Source: Kofleriaceae bacterium
Lineage (GTDB): Bacteria; Myxococcota_A; Polyangia; Haliangiales; Haliangiaceae
Reading direction: 5' to 3'
NCBI GenBank assembly: GCA_048500355.1
Contig: JASNYD010000006.1
Location: forward strand, 416,211-480,210
Length of the DNA: 64,000 bases
The notes under the pieces are model-generated. The model was not told where the DNA came from. It was given only the letters and a program-made list of their open reading frames with translations, and did no database searches. A program made the translations under genes and the position numbers. Each line of letters begins with the position of its first letter. Position 1 is the stretch's first letter. This document shows positions 37,533 through 54,604 of this stretch, piece by piece.

Positions 37533-38315
37533 TCAGCGGGGACCCGCGCCGGCGCGCCGGACCGGCGCCGGCGCCGCCGGGCGCGCCGGCGTCGCCACCC
37601 GGGTCCCGCGCCAGAACACCAGCGCGCCCACGGCCAGCATCGCGATCGAGAAGGCGCCGCACATCGCGCCCCAGAACCAGTAGGCCCCGCCCATGGCCTC
37701 GGCCATCTGCTGGGTGTCCGACGGCATGCGGCCCTGCGTGGTCTCGGCCCACTGCATGAACAGGTAGTCGCCGCGCGAGTACACCGACAGCGCGAGCTGC
37801 ACCGCCAGGAACAGGAGGGCGGCCTGGGCCAGGTGCGCGCCGCCGCGGATCGCGATCACGAGCGCGCCGGCGGCGAGCACGCCGGTGAACGCGGCGCCGA
37901 AGCCGTTGCGCACCACCAGCACCAGCGCCAGGGCCAGGACCGCGCCGAAGGCGCCCAGCGCGTAGCGGGCCCAGCGCCCGTCCTGCGCCGCCGCCATCAT
38001 GCCGGCGGCCGCCACCGCCGGTCCGCACAGGCCGCCCGCCGAGATGAAGGCCTTGGCCGCCGCCGAGCCCGGCACGGTGTGGACCGCGACCCCCGAGCCG
38101 TCCTGCCACATCTTGAACTCGATGAACTCGCTGCCGACCAGCATGGCGGCGACGCCGTGGCCGAGCTCGTGCACCAGGGTCGAGATCAGGATGAGCGGGT
38201 AGGCCAGGTAGTGACCGTGGGGCACCAGGTAGAGCCCGAGCGTGACCGCGGCGCTGGCCACCAGCACCCAGCGGGCCCGGGTCGACAGCGGCATCGGCGT
38301 GCGGTGGACGGCCAT
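37533..38315 (-). CDS. M50-family (site-2 protease-like) membrane metallopeptidase
   Basis: HELGH motif in a TM helix. Multiple TM segments. Confidence 0.75.
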   Translation of the reverse strand: MAVHRTPMPLSTRARWVLVASAAVTLGLYLVPHGHYLAYPLILISTLVHELGHGVAAMLVGSEFIEFKMWQDGSGVAVHTVPGSAAAKAFISAGGLCGPAVAAAGMMAAAQDGRWARYALGAFGAVLALALVLVVRNGFGAAFTGVLAAGALVIAIRGGAHLAQAALLFLAVQLALSVYSRGDYLFMQWAETTQGRMPSDTQQMAEAMGGAYWFWGAMCGAFSIAMLAVGALVFWRGTRVATPARPAAPAPVRRAGAGPR

Positions 38316-38404
38316 GCCCCAAGCCTACGCCATGACGACCGGTCGCGCCGGTGTCGCCGGCGCCGGTCGCGGCGGCGCGCCGCACCCGCGCGCGTGGCCG
38401 CGGG

Positions 38405-38980
38405 TCACAGGCAGGTCACGCTGTTGACCGCGGTGTGGCTGCAGTGGGTGTCGGGATCGGTCGAGGCCGCGGTCAGGTGGTAGATGCGACAGGCCAGCGT
38501 GTTGCCGGCGATGTCGCTGGCGTCGTAGGTCTCGGTGGCGTCGAGGCCGGGGCAGGCCGCCAGGCAGGCGGCGACCGAGGCGTAGGGCGGCACCGACTGG
38601 TCGCTGCACAGGGCGTCGGTGATGGCGCAGAAGCTCTCGCAGTTGGTGCCGCAGGTGCCGTCGCCGCCGGGGCCGGCGCGGGTGCAGGCGGTGGGGTCGC
38701 CCTCGGCGATCGCCGCCCAGTACGTCCGGCAGGCGATGGTCTGGCCGCCGCGATCGTCGGGCGCGCCCAGCTCCAGGGTCTCGCACGTCGCCCGGCAGGT
38801 CGAGACGTCGGAGAACTGCGCGACCGCGCCCTGGCAGTTGCGCATCACCAGCACGCAGTAGTCCTCGCAGGCGTTGGCGACCCGGTCGACCTCCGTCCCG
38901 CCACAGGCGAGCCCCGCGAGCGCGGCCCCGATCATGACCATGGTGCCGCCGACGAGTCCCCGGGTTCGCATCGCCTGCAT
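38405..38980 (-). CDS. Cys-rich lipoprotein (about 191 aa)
   Basis: Lipobox LAGLACGG and about 20 Cys. It is the 3' portion of the track ORF 38405..41182; the rest of that ORF is out of frame with the real photolyase gene. Confidence 0.55.
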   Translation of the reverse strand: MQAMRTRGLVGGTMVMIGAALAGLACGGTEVDRVANACEDYCVLVMRNCQGAVAQFSDVSTCRATCETLELGAPDDRGGQTIACRTYWAAIAEGDPTACTRAGPGGDGTCGTNCESFCAITDALCSDQSVPPYASVAACLAACPGLDATETYDASDIAGNTLACRIYHLTAASTDPDTHCSHTAVNSVTCL

Positions 38981-39042
38981 CGTAGGTGAGGCCGTGGCCG
39001 CCGGCAACCGACTGGCCGCCGCGGCGCCCGGGCGGCCCGGGA

Positions 39043-40584
<1,542 letters not shown>

Positions 40585-40614
40585 CCGGCTTCGACGGCGC
40601 CGGCGACGGGGCGG

Positions 40615-41295
40615 TTACGCCGCCCCGGCCGGGTGCAGGCCGTCGGCGGCGCGCCGCAGGGCGGCCGGCGCGTCGTCGATGACCACCGCGCCGTGGCCCG
40701 GCACGACCCGGGCCAGGCCGGGCCAGGCCGCGAGCCGGCGCAGGTGCGCGGCGTAGGCGGCGCGATCCTTCACGAGGAACCAGCGGGCGGTGCGCGTGAC
40801 CTTGGGCCCGCCGGTCGAGCCGATGAGCGCGACCACCCTGCCCTTCCAGCCCGGGAGTCGATCGGGGAGGTTCATGAACGCGTCGTTGAAGACCGCGGTC
40901 ACGGCGCCGTCGCCGTCGCGGTGGAGGAGGACCGCCTCCTCGGGGACGCCGTCGAGCACCTGCCAGGTCACGGCCTCGCCGCCGGGCAGGAGCGCGAGGT
41001 CGCCGTCGACCGCGACCCGGCGCGCCACCGCCGCCTGCGACGCCGCCGTCGTCACCACCCGCGCCGCGGGGTAGCGCGCCTTCCAGCGCGGGGCGTCCAT
41101 CGTGTGGTTGCGGCTGGGCACGACGATCCAGCCTACCGGCCCCAGCGCCTCGATCGCGGCCTGGGTCGCGTCGTCGCAGCACACGACGCTGTGCACCGCC
41201 AGGCTGCCGTCACCCAGGCGCAGCACCGTCATGCGGCGGCCGATGGGCAGGAGGTCGAGGCTGGCGTCGACGATCCACAGGCCGTCGGCCAGCAT
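40615..41295 (-). CDS. Hypothetical protein (possibly DUF4336 / MBL-fold-like)
   Basis: Coding bias is good from the Met at 41295. Upstream in-frame codons have low GC3, so I prefer the shorter start. The family assignment is tentative. Confidence 0.45.
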   Translation of the reverse strand: MLADGLWIVDASLDLLPIGRRMTVLRLGDGSLAVHSVVCCDDATQAAIEALGPVGWIVVPSRNHTMDAPRWKARYPAARVVTTAASQAAVARRVAVDGDLALLPGGEAVTWQVLDGVPEEAVLLHRDGDGAVTAVFNDAFMNLPDRLPGWKGRVVALIGSTGGPKVTRTARWFLVKDRAAYAAHLRRLAAWPGLARVVPGHGAVVIDDAPAALRRAADGLHPAGAA

Positions 41296-41312
41296 CGTGA
41301 GCGGTCCGTGCG

Positions 41313-44012
41313 ATGCTTGCCGCCATGAGTCCCGGGTGGCCATCCGGCTGCGATGCTCGCCGGATCGCGTTCGTCGCGCCAGCCGCGGCGGTCGCCTTGT
41401 GCGCGGCCGCCGCCCACCACCCGGCCGCCGCCGACGACGCCCGCGACCTGTTCGGCCTCGACGCGCCGGCCGACGCGCCGGCGACCTGCGCCGACGCCCG
41501 CGACCTGCCGTGCCCGGTCGACGACGCGCGGCCACCGGCGGCGTGGCGCACCCGGCTCCGCGCCACGTACCTCCTGCGCCTGCCCCTGGCCGCGGCCGAC
41601 CTCGACGCCGCCGCCGGCCTGGTGGTGGGCGCCGGCCGCGACGACGGCGGCCTCTACTACGCCGGCGCGACCTCGGCCGACAACCGCTGGCTGGTGGACG
41701 GCGCCGCCGTCGATTCGCCGCGGCTGGGCAACCTCGGCCTGCGGGTGCCGCTGGCGTTCGTCGACGAGGTGACGGTGACCACCGGCGGCTTCTCGGCCCG
41801 CGACCGGGCCGCGGTCGGCGCCGTGATCGAGGCCCGCCTGCGCGAGGGCGGCGACGACCATCGCGCCACCGCCAGCGCCTGGCTCGGCGCCGGCGCGCCG
41901 CCGCGGCTCACCGCGCCGGTGCGTGGCGAGTACCGCTCGTTCCAGGGCCGCCTCGCCGATCAGCGCGCGCTCGACCTGGCGCTCGTCGGCGACGGGCCGC
42001 TGCGCCGCGCCGGCGGCGCGCGCCTGTGGTACGCGGCCGGCGTCGCGCCGCGGCTGGCGGACGCCTCGCTGGTCCGCCACGCCTGGCGTCGCGCCGACGC
42101 CGACGGCGACCTGCGCCCCGACCGGCGGCCCGACGGCCTCCTGGTCCACGACCCGCTCGGCACCGCCCACCGCGACGCGCTGGCGTGGTCGGTGCCGGCG
42201 ATGCTGCGGCTGGGCGCGCGCGCCGCCCACCACGATCTGGCCGCCACCGCGCTGGTCACCGCCGCCGGCGACACCCGGTGGCGGGTCACCGCCGAGGAGG
42301 ACGCCGCCGGCGTCGATCGTCGCGACCTCGACGCCTCGCTGTCGGCGACCTGGCGCGGCACCTGGCCGCGCACCCGCGCCCGCGTCGTCGCGAGCTGGCT
42401 GCGCGCCGGCCGCGTCGAGTCGCCGCGCACCGCCGGCGGCCTCGCCCCCGATCTCGGCCTCGCCTACATCCCGCCGGCCGAGGCCACGACGACCGGCGCC
42501 GATCGCGCCGTCCGCGCCGGCTGCACCGATCAGGTCGCCGACGATCCGTACCCCGGCTTCGTCAACTGCCCGTTCCCCACCGGCTACTACCACGTCGGCG
42601 GCGTCGGCCAGCTCGGCGACGTGATCCAGGACCGGCCGGGCGTGGTGGCCGAGCTCGAGCGCGCCATCGGCGACCACACCATCACCGCCGGGGTGAGCGG
42701 CGAGGACGCCCGGGTCGTCCTCCGCACCCGCTACAGCGGCGGCTACCTCCGCCGCCAGCTCGGCCCCGAGGCCTACGTCGACTACCGCCTGGTGCGGGTC
42801 GGCTCCGGACCCGGCCTCGACGACGCCTGCGGCGACGTGGCGTGCGACTGGCTCGACGAGCACGAGCGCACGATCCGCACCCGCCACGTCGCGGCCTGGC
42901 TCGCCGACACCTGGCGACCGGGCGCCGCGATCGCCGTCGAGTACGGGGCGCGCGCCGAGGCCAGCCAGATCGGCGAGTCGGTGCGGGTCCGCGATCTGCT
43001 GCCGCGGCTGGGCGCGGCCTGGGACTTCCTCGGCGGCGGCCGCTCGCGCGCCTTCGTCGGCTGGGGCCGCTACGCCGCGGTGCTGCCCGCCGGCGCCGGC
43101 GAGCGCGTGTTCGCGGGGCCCACCGTCTACCAGCAGGCGACCTTCGGCCCGACCATGACCCACGCCCTCGCCGCCAGCGGCGACGTGCCGATCGCGCCCG
43201 ACCTGCGCGGCGTGCGCGTCGACGAGGCGCTGGCCGGCGTCGAGGTCGGCGCCGCCGACGTGGCGCGGCTGGGCGTGGTGGCGCGCCACCGCCACCTCGG
43301 CCGCGGGCTCGAGACCGTCGGCGGCGTGCTGACCGTGGTCGGCGCCGAGCCCGGCCAGGCCGCCGCCACCCGCGAGCTGATCGAGGTCGGCGTGACCGGC
43401 GAGACCTCGCCCGCCGCCGCCGTCACCGTGCGCGCCGGCTACGCCTGGTCGCGGCTGCGCGGCAACTGGGCCGGCCCCCACGATCCGGTCGACGGCTTCG
43501 GCCTCTACCTGTCGTCGGCGCTCGACGACGGCGCGATCAACGCCACCGGGCCCCTGCCCAACGACCAGCCCCACCGCTTCTTCGCCGAGGTCACCGGCCG
43601 CGGCCGCAAGGCCGGGTTCGACCTCGAGCTCGGGCTGCGCGCCGCCGCCACCTCGGGCCGGCCGCGCAGCGTGCGCACGATCGCCGGCCAGAGCTTCCTC
43701 CTGCCTCGCGGCGCCGCCGGGCGCCTGCCGACGGTGGCCCAGACCAGCGCCCGCCTGGCGGCGCGCCGCGGTCGCCTCACGGTCGGCCTCGACGTGCTCA
43801 ACGTGTTCGACCGCCGCGGCACCGTCGCCGTCGACGAGGTCCACGTCATCGACGCGCTCCTGCCCATCGACGGCGGCGACGCCGGCGATCTGATCTTCGC
43901 CAAGGACAACGTCTTCGAGTCGGAGCCGGCCCGGGTCAACCGTCGCCGCGGCGCGCCCAGCCGCTTCCAGGCGCCGCTGACCGCCGTGCTCGGCGTGCGC
44001 GTCGAGCTGTGA
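41313..44012 (+). CDS. TonB-dependent-receptor-like outer-membrane protein (plug-like domain plus a large beta-rich region)
   Basis: Plug-like segment GATSADNRWLVDGAAVDSPRLGN..AFVDEVTVTTGGFSARDRAAVGAVIEARL. GC3 is high along the whole + frame. The mirror ORF on the minus strand was rejected. Confidence 0.5.
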   Translation: MLAAMSPGWPSGCDARRIAFVAPAAAVALCAAAAHHPAAADDARDLFGLDAPADAPATCADARDLPCPVDDARPPAAWRTRLRATYLLRLPLAAADLDAAAGLVVGAGRDDGGLYYAGATSADNRWLVDGAAVDSPRLGNLGLRVPLAFVDEVTVTTGGFSARDRAAVGAVIEARLREGGDDHRATASAWLGAGAPPRLTAPVRGEYRSFQGRLADQRALDLALVGDGPLRRAGGARLWYAAGVAPRLADASLVRHAWRRADADGDLRPDRRPDGLLVHDPLGTAHRDALAWSVPAMLRLGARAAHHDLAATALVTAAGDTRWRVTAEEDAAGVDRRDLDASLSATWRGTWPRTRARVVASWLRAGRVESPRTAGGLAPDLGLAYIPPAEATTTGADRAVRAGCTDQVADDPYPGFVNCPFPTGYYHVGGVGQLGDVIQDRPGVVAELERAIGDHTITAGVSGEDARVVLRTRYSGGYLRRQLGPEAYVDYRLVRVGSGPGLDDACGDVACDWLDEHERTIRTRHVAAWLADTWRPGAAIAVEYGARAEASQIGESVRVRDLLPRLGAAWDFLGGGRSRAFVGWGRYAAVLPAGAGERVFAGPTVYQQATFGPTMTHALAASGDVPIAPDLRGVRVDEALAGVEVGAADVARLGVVARHRHLGRGLETVGGVLTVVGAEPGQAAATRELIEVGVTGETSPAAAVTVRAGYAWSRLRGNWAGPHDPVDGFGLYLSSALDDGAINATGPLPNDQPHRFFAEVTGRGRKAGFDLELGLRAAATSGRPRSVRTIAGQSFLLPRGAAGRLPTVAQTSARLAARRGRLTVGLDVLNVFDRRGTVAVDEVHVIDALLPIDGGDAGDLIFAKDNVFESEPARVNRRRGAPSRFQAPLTAVLGVRVEL

Positions 44013-44030
44013 GCCGCCGCCGGCGCGCGG

Positions 44031-45434
<1,404 letters not shown>

Positions 45435-45518
45435 GATGGGGGCGCGCACCTTGCCACGGGTGGGGCCGGCATACCAGCCGGACCCTCCGGAGGCGACCGG
45501 TGGCCTATCATCAGGGGC

Positions 45519-46838
45519 ATGCGGCGGCTCGCGCCCCTCCTCGCGCCCCTGGCGCTCGTCGCCGCGTGCGGCGACAACCTGCCCCAGGTCCACCGCCTCG
45601 ACATCGTCGGCCACACCGACCTGGGGGCGCGCGGCATGTACGCGGCGCTGGCGGTCGCCGGCGACACCGCCTACGTCGGCTCACGCAACGACAAGAAGGG
45701 CGTGCTCATCGTCGACCTCGCCGATCCGGCGCGGCCGACGGTGGTCGGCGAGCTCGGCCCGCCCGACGAGGGGCTGCCGGCGATGTCGTCGCGCGAGCTG
45801 CGCGCGGTGCCCGACCTCGACCTCCTGATCGTGCTCAACATGGTCTGCGGCGAGGAGCAGCACGGCTGCGCGCCGACCGGCGGCGAGGTCGAGAACTTCA
45901 AGCTCTACGACATCGCCGACCGGCGGGCGCCGCGCCTGGTCGCGACCATCCCGGTGACCGGCGACTTCCGCCGGCCGCGCAGCCCGCACGAGTTCTACCT
46001 GTGGCGCGACGGCGCGCGGGTGCTGCTGTTCGTGTCGGCGCCGCCGGGGCCGCCGGCGTTCGAGGTCATCGACCTCACCGATCCACGGGCGCCGGTGCGC
46101 ACGACGTGGGATCCGACCCAGGAGGGCGTGCGCCGGCTGTCCGGCGACTACATCCTGCACTCGGTGGGGGTGTCGGCCGACGGCAAGATCGCATACCTCT
46201 CGCACCTCCGCGCCGGCCTCCTGCTCGCCGACGTCTCGGCGCTGCCGGCGGTCCGGCTGCTCACGCCGCCCGACGCGGCGGTGACCTGGCCGCCCGCCGA
46301 GTTCGCCGGCCCGCACTCGGCGGTGCAGCTCCGCGGCCGCAACGTGCTGGTGCTGAGCGAGGAGGTCTACCCCAACCCGCTCGGCACCGGCTGCCCGTGG
46401 GGGCACGTCCGCACCGTCGACGCCTCCGATCCCGCGGCGCCGGTGCTGCTCGGCGAGTTCCGGCTGCCCGAGAACGATCCGGCCTTCTGCGCCGGCGGCG
46501 ACCACGACCGCGTCGCCTTCACCGCCCACAACATCACCACCACCCGCGACCTGGCCTTCGTCACCTGGTACTCGGGCGGCCTCCAGGTGATCGACGTCGA
46601 GGATCCGCGAGCGCCGGTGGGGCTGGCCGAGCTGCGGCCCGAGCCGGTGCCGGTGGTCGAGCACGAGGACCCGACCCTGGGCGGCCACCCGGTGCTGATG
46701 TGGAGCTACCCGGTGATCCAGGGCGGCCTCATCCACGTCGTCGACTCGCGCAACGGCCTCTACGTCCTGCGCTACCGCGGCCGCCACGAGGACCAGCTCT
46801 TCGAGGACCTGTTCGTCGAGGGCAACAGCAACCTGTGA
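45519..46838 (+). CDS. Lipoprotein with a beta-propeller (LVIVD-repeat-like) domain
   Basis: Lipobox LVAACG. Repeated hydrophobic-D motifs ([24 protein letters not shown]). Confidence 0.6.
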   Translation: MRRLAPLLAPLALVAACGDNLPQVHRLDIVGHTDLGARGMYAALAVAGDTAYVGSRNDKKGVLIVDLADPARPTVVGELGPPDEGLPAMSSRELRAVPDLDLLIVLNMVCGEEQHGCAPTGGEVENFKLYDIADRRAPRLVATIPVTGDFRRPRSPHEFYLWRDGARVLLFVSAPPGPPAFEVIDLTDPRAPVRTTWDPTQEGVRRLSGDYILHSVGVSADGKIAYLSHLRAGLLLADVSALPAVRLLTPPDAAVTWPPAEFAGPHSAVQLRGRNVLVLSEEVYPNPLGTGCPWGHVRTVDASDPAAPVLLGEFRLPENDPAFCAGGDHDRVAFTAHNITTTRDLAFVTWYSGGLQVIDVEDPRAPVGLAELRPEPVPVVEHEDPTLGGHPVLMWSYPVIQGGLIHVVDSRNGLYVLRYRGRHEDQLFEDLFVEGNSNL

Positions 46839-46916
46839 CGGGCGCCGGCGCGGTCGGGCCCGACGGGCCGGTCACGCCGGTCACGCCGGTCAGGGCGGTC
46901 AGGGCGGTCAGGCCGG

Positions 46917-47945
46917 TCAGGGCGCGAGCGTCGCCGCGGCGGGCTGGGCCTCGACGTCGGCGAGGTGGTCGACGTAGCCCGGCAGCGCATGCGGCAGCGG
47001 GTGGGCGTCGCAGGGCGTGGGCGTACCGAGGATGAAGGTGGAGGCCGGCGGGATGCCGGCCTCGGCGTAGGCGCAGACGTCGGTGGCGGCGTTGCCGTAG
47101 GCGCGGACGACGCGCAGCCCGGCGGCCTGGAGCGCGGTCAGGGCCTCGCGCTTGAACGCGCCGACGCCGTCGCGGCTCGGTCGGCCGTCGCGCAGGCGAT
47201 CGGGGGTGAACAGCGGCCCGAACGGGAAGCCGCCGGTCACCAGCCAGCGCCGGGTGCGCTCGCGCAGCGGGTACGGGCGGCCGGTGACGTAGACGACGAG
47301 GTAGCCCTTGTCGGCCCAGGCCCGGGCCACCGCGGCGGCGCCGGCGAAGGCCTCGGCGCCGCGCCCGAGCAGGTCGTCGAGCAGCTCGCCGTCGTCGATC
47401 GTGAGCGTGCCGTCGACGTCGAACACCACCGCCGGCGTGGCGCCGGGTAGCACCCAGACGCCACCCTCGGCGGCGCTGCCGTCGCCAGCGACCCGCATCC
47501 AGTAGCGGTGGTGCCCGGGTGGCAGCGCCGGCGCCTGGTAGCCGGCGCGGCCGTCGTCGTCGGTGCCGGTGCGGCCGAGGCGGCGGACCGCGCAGTCGGC
47601 GCCCGCCAGGTAGACGTCGACGTCCTCGCCCTCGAGGTCCTTCGAGACCTTGCCGTAGGCGAACTTGGCGACGAGCTCGGGCCGGGTCCGCGCTGGCACG
47701 ACGACGTCGCTGGCGACGTGGCGCGGCTCGCCCATGCGAGCGACGACGGCGCTGCGATCGTGGCGCCACGCCGCGCCGCTGGCGGTCGGGGGCGCGCAGG
47801 CCGGCGCCTCGCCCGGCCACGGCACGCGCGGCGCCGCCCGCTCGCGCTGGCAGCCGCCGGCGAGGACGAGCGCGGCGGCGAGGATGGCGGCCGCGGCGAG
47901 GGTGGCGAGCGTGGCGGTGGTGAGGGTCGAGGTGGGGCGGGTCAC
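46917..47945 (-). CDS. HAD-superfamily phosphatase-like lipoprotein (LNS2/App1-like, DxDGT motif)
   Basis: Lipobox LAGGC. The motif VVFDVDGTLT matches HAD motif I; downstream ..YVTGRP.. matches motif II. Confidence 0.55.
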   Translation of the reverse strand: MTRPTSTLTTATLATLAAAAILAAALVLAGGCQRERAAPRVPWPGEAPACAPPTASGAAWRHDRSAVVARMGEPRHVASDVVVPARTRPELVAKFAYGKVSKDLEGEDVDVYLAGADCAVRRLGRTGTDDDGRAGYQAPALPPGHHRYWMRVAGDGSAAEGGVWVLPGATPAVVFDVDGTLTIDDGELLDDLLGRGAEAFAGAAAVARAWADKGYLVVYVTGRPYPLRERTRRWLVTGGFPFGPLFTPDRLRDGRPSRDGVGAFKREALTALQAAGLRVVRAYGNAATDVCAYAEAGIPPASTFILGTPTPCDAHPLPHALPGYVDHLADVEAQPAAATLAP

Positions 47946-48059
47946 GGCGCGTCGGCGAGCGTACCGGTTCGGGCCCGGATCCGGGCTCGGGTTCGGATCG
48001 GAGTCGGGCTCGGATCGATCCGCTCACCCTGAGCCCTTCACCGACCGCGGTCGGAGCTC

Positions 48060-48345
48060 GCGGGAAACCGAACGGCCAGCAGCTGCGGCGGGCGGCCTCC
48101 GACACGCCGCGGCCCCGCGCCGACACGCCGCGGCCCCGCGCGACCGAACGGCGAGCCCATCTCTCCGCTCGGCCTGAGCCGCCCGAGCGCCAGCGAGGGC
48201 GTGTCGAAGGCCGACACGCCGCGGCCCCGCGCCGACACGCCGCGGCCCCGCGCGACCGAACGCCGAGCCCATCTCTCCGCTCGCCCTGAGCCGCCCGAGC
48301 GCCAGCGAGGGCGTGTCGAAGGCCGACACGCCGCGGCCCGCGCGA
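48060..48345. repeat. Intergenic tandem direct repeat: 2 x 112 bp plus partial units, with a nested 21-bp duplication (ccgacacgccgcggccccgcg)
   Basis: The units at 48099-48210 and 48211-48322 are near-identical. They share the ctctccgctcgccctgagc core with the repeat at 44-470. Confidence 0.8.
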
Positions 48346-48402
48346 GCGCCGGGAGCGAGTACGGCTCCGAGACCGACGGCGGGGGCCCGGCCTCGGACGG
48401 TG

Positions 48403-52869
<4,467 letters not shown>

Positions 52870-52893
52870 CGCACCGCGCCCGCGCCGCCGCGG

Positions 52894-53532
52894 CTACTCG
52901 CCCTTGCCGGGGCGGCCGGCGCCGAGCTTGCCGATGCGCGGATCCTCGCCCTTGTCGTCGTCACCGAACAGGCGGATGCGCTGGCCAGCGCGGTTGTGGC
53001 CGATGGCGTAGACCACGCCGGCGACGCCGGAGATGGGCAGCACCACCATCAGCACCGGCATGAGCAGGAACATGGGGACGATCTTGGCCACGATGCTGGC
53101 GACGATCAGGTACATCGCCGCCGCCGGGATGGTCTCGCGCCAGGCGCCGGCGTAGAGCCAGCCCAGGGGCCCGAAGAAGAACGACAGCCCGCCCGACACC
53201 AGCCACGACTTGTCCCCGACCTCGCGCGGCTTCGTCAGCTCGTGCTTGGCGTCGCTGGCCTTCTTGGCCAGCACCAGCGCGGTCTCGAGGTCGCCGCCGC
53301 GATCGCGCCCGCGCCCGCCCTCGGTCTCGCTCCCGCCCTTGCGCGCCTTGCCGGTGACGATCGCCGCCTGCCGCTCGCGCAGCTCGTCGCGCTCGGCCTG
53401 CTGGCGCGCCCGCTGCGCCCGCACCCGGGCCTCGGCCTCGGCCCGCACCCGACGCCGGGCGACGTCCTCGGCCTTGACCTCGGCCGCCAGCGCGTCCAGG
53501 CGGGCGCGCAGCTCGTCATCGTCGTCGGGCAC
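52894..53532 (-). CDS. Hypothetical membrane protein with an N-terminal charged coiled-coil
   Basis: GC3 is good. There are two C-terminal TM segments. The gene is immediately upstream of lhr in the same orientation. Confidence 0.55.
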   Translation of the reverse strand: MPDDDDELRARLDALAAEVKAEDVARRRVRAEAEARVRAQRARQQAERDELRERQAAIVTGKARKGGSETEGGRGRDRGGDLETALVLAKKASDAKHELTKPREVGDKSWLVSGGLSFFFGPLGWLYAGAWRETIPAAAMYLIVASIVAKIVPMFLLMPVLMVVLPISGVAGVVYAIGHNRAGQRIRLFGDDDKGEDPRIGKLGAGRPGKGE

Positions 53533-53558
53533 GGCCCGAACTATGGCATGATCTCTCC

Positions 53559-53900
53559 GTGCGCGTCGCCCGCCTCGCTCGCCTCGCCCTGGGCCTGTCG
53601 CTCGGCCTCGCCGGCGGCCTCGCCGGCTGCGGCGAGACCTCCGGCCCGCAGGGCCCCAGCGCGCCCCGCACCGCCGGCGAGCGCGCGCGCGCCGAGAAGG
53701 CGGCCTCGAGCGAGGAGCCGGTCGACGCCAAGGGCAAGAGGTGGGGTGGCTGGCGCTACCAGGGCAGCCGCGACGAGTGCTTCTTCGTGGTCAAGCGCCG
53801 CTGCTTCACCGAGCGCGAGGCCGCCTGCCGCGCCGCCAGGTGTGGCGCCAAGCGCTGCGTGGTCGAGGGCGGCGGCCCGGCCACGGTGCGCTGCCAGTAG
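53559..53900 (+). CDS. Small Cys-containing lipoprotein (113 aa)
   Basis: Lipobox LAGCG. Six Cys in the mature part. Confidence 0.5.
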   Translation: MRVARLARLALGLSLGLAGGLAGCGETSGPQGPSAPRTAGERARAEKAASSEEPVDAKGKRWGGWRYQGSRDECFFVVKRRCFTEREAACRAARCGAKRCVVEGGGPATVRCQ

Positions 53901-53909
53901 GAGCGCGGC

Positions 53910-54569
53910 GTGAAGCCGTGGATCGAGCTCGCGCGAGCCCCGGCGCCAGGCGGCGGCGAGCTGTCGCTCCACCGGCGCGACCGCGAGCTGGTGATCCGCG
54001 TCGACGGCCAGGAGCTGATGTCGAGCCGGCGCCACGCCTCGGAGGACCACCTGGCCGCGGTCGGCTGCGCCGGCGTCGGCGCCGGCCGGGTGCTGATCGG
54101 CGGCCTCGGCATGGGCTTCACCCTGCGCGCGGCGCTGGCGGCGCTGCCGGCCGGCGCCCGGCTCGTCGTCGCCGAGCTGAGCGCGGCGGTGGTGGCGTGG
54201 AACCGCGAGCTGCTCGGGCCCGAGGCGGCGGCGACGTTGCGCGATCCGCGGGTGCGGCTCGAGATCGCCGACGTCGCGGCGCTCCTGACCGAGCCCGGCG
54301 GCTACGACGCGATCCTGCTCGACGTCGACAACAGCCCCCACGCCCTGACCCAGCCCGCCAACCGCAGCCTGTACGCCGCCGCCGGCCTCGCCGCCGCCCA
54401 CCGCGCCCTGCGCCCGGGCGGCCGGCTGGCGGTGTGGTCGGCGGAGCGCGCCCCGCCCTTCTCCCGCCGCCTCACCGCCGCCGGCTTCGCGGTCGAGCTC
54501 CACGACGCGCGCGCCCACCGCGGGCGCGGGGCCACCCACACGATCTACGTCGGCCGCCGGCCGCGCTAG
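53910..54569 (+). CDS. Spermidine-synthase-like / class I SAM-methyltransferase-fold protein
   Basis: A VLIGGLGMGFT Gly-rich motif and DAILLDVDNSP, which is typical of polyamine aminopropyltransferase-like proteins. Confidence 0.6.
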   Translation: MKPWIELARAPAPGGGELSLHRRDRELVIRVDGQELMSSRRHASEDHLAAVGCAGVGAGRVLIGGLGMGFTLRAALAALPAGARLVVAELSAAVVAWNRELLGPEAAATLRDPRVRLEIADVAALLTEPGGYDAILLDVDNSPHALTQPANRSLYAAAGLAAAHRALRPGGRLAVWSAERAPPFSRRLTAAGFAVELHDARAHRGRGATHTIYVGRRPR

Positions 54570-54604
54570 CGCGGGCTGGCCGCGAGTCGGGCCCGCCGCC
54601 GGGC

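Noticed and set aside
35020-38483. Antisense 774-aa ORF, the 1217-aa plus ORF from 34830, and the 285-aa minus ORF 37528..38385
   Set aside because: They are alternative frames of the VIT-P-vWA and M50 genes, without motifs and with poor start context.
41229-43844. 871-aa minus ORF mirroring the TonB-receptor-like gene
   Set aside because: The plus frame has the plug-like motif, signal-like N-terminus and uniformly high GC3. The minus translation is Gly/Ala/Arg low complexity.
48024-48345. Possible CRISPR array
   Set aside because: The repeats are directly contiguous (112-bp units) with no unique spacers, and no cas genes are nearby.
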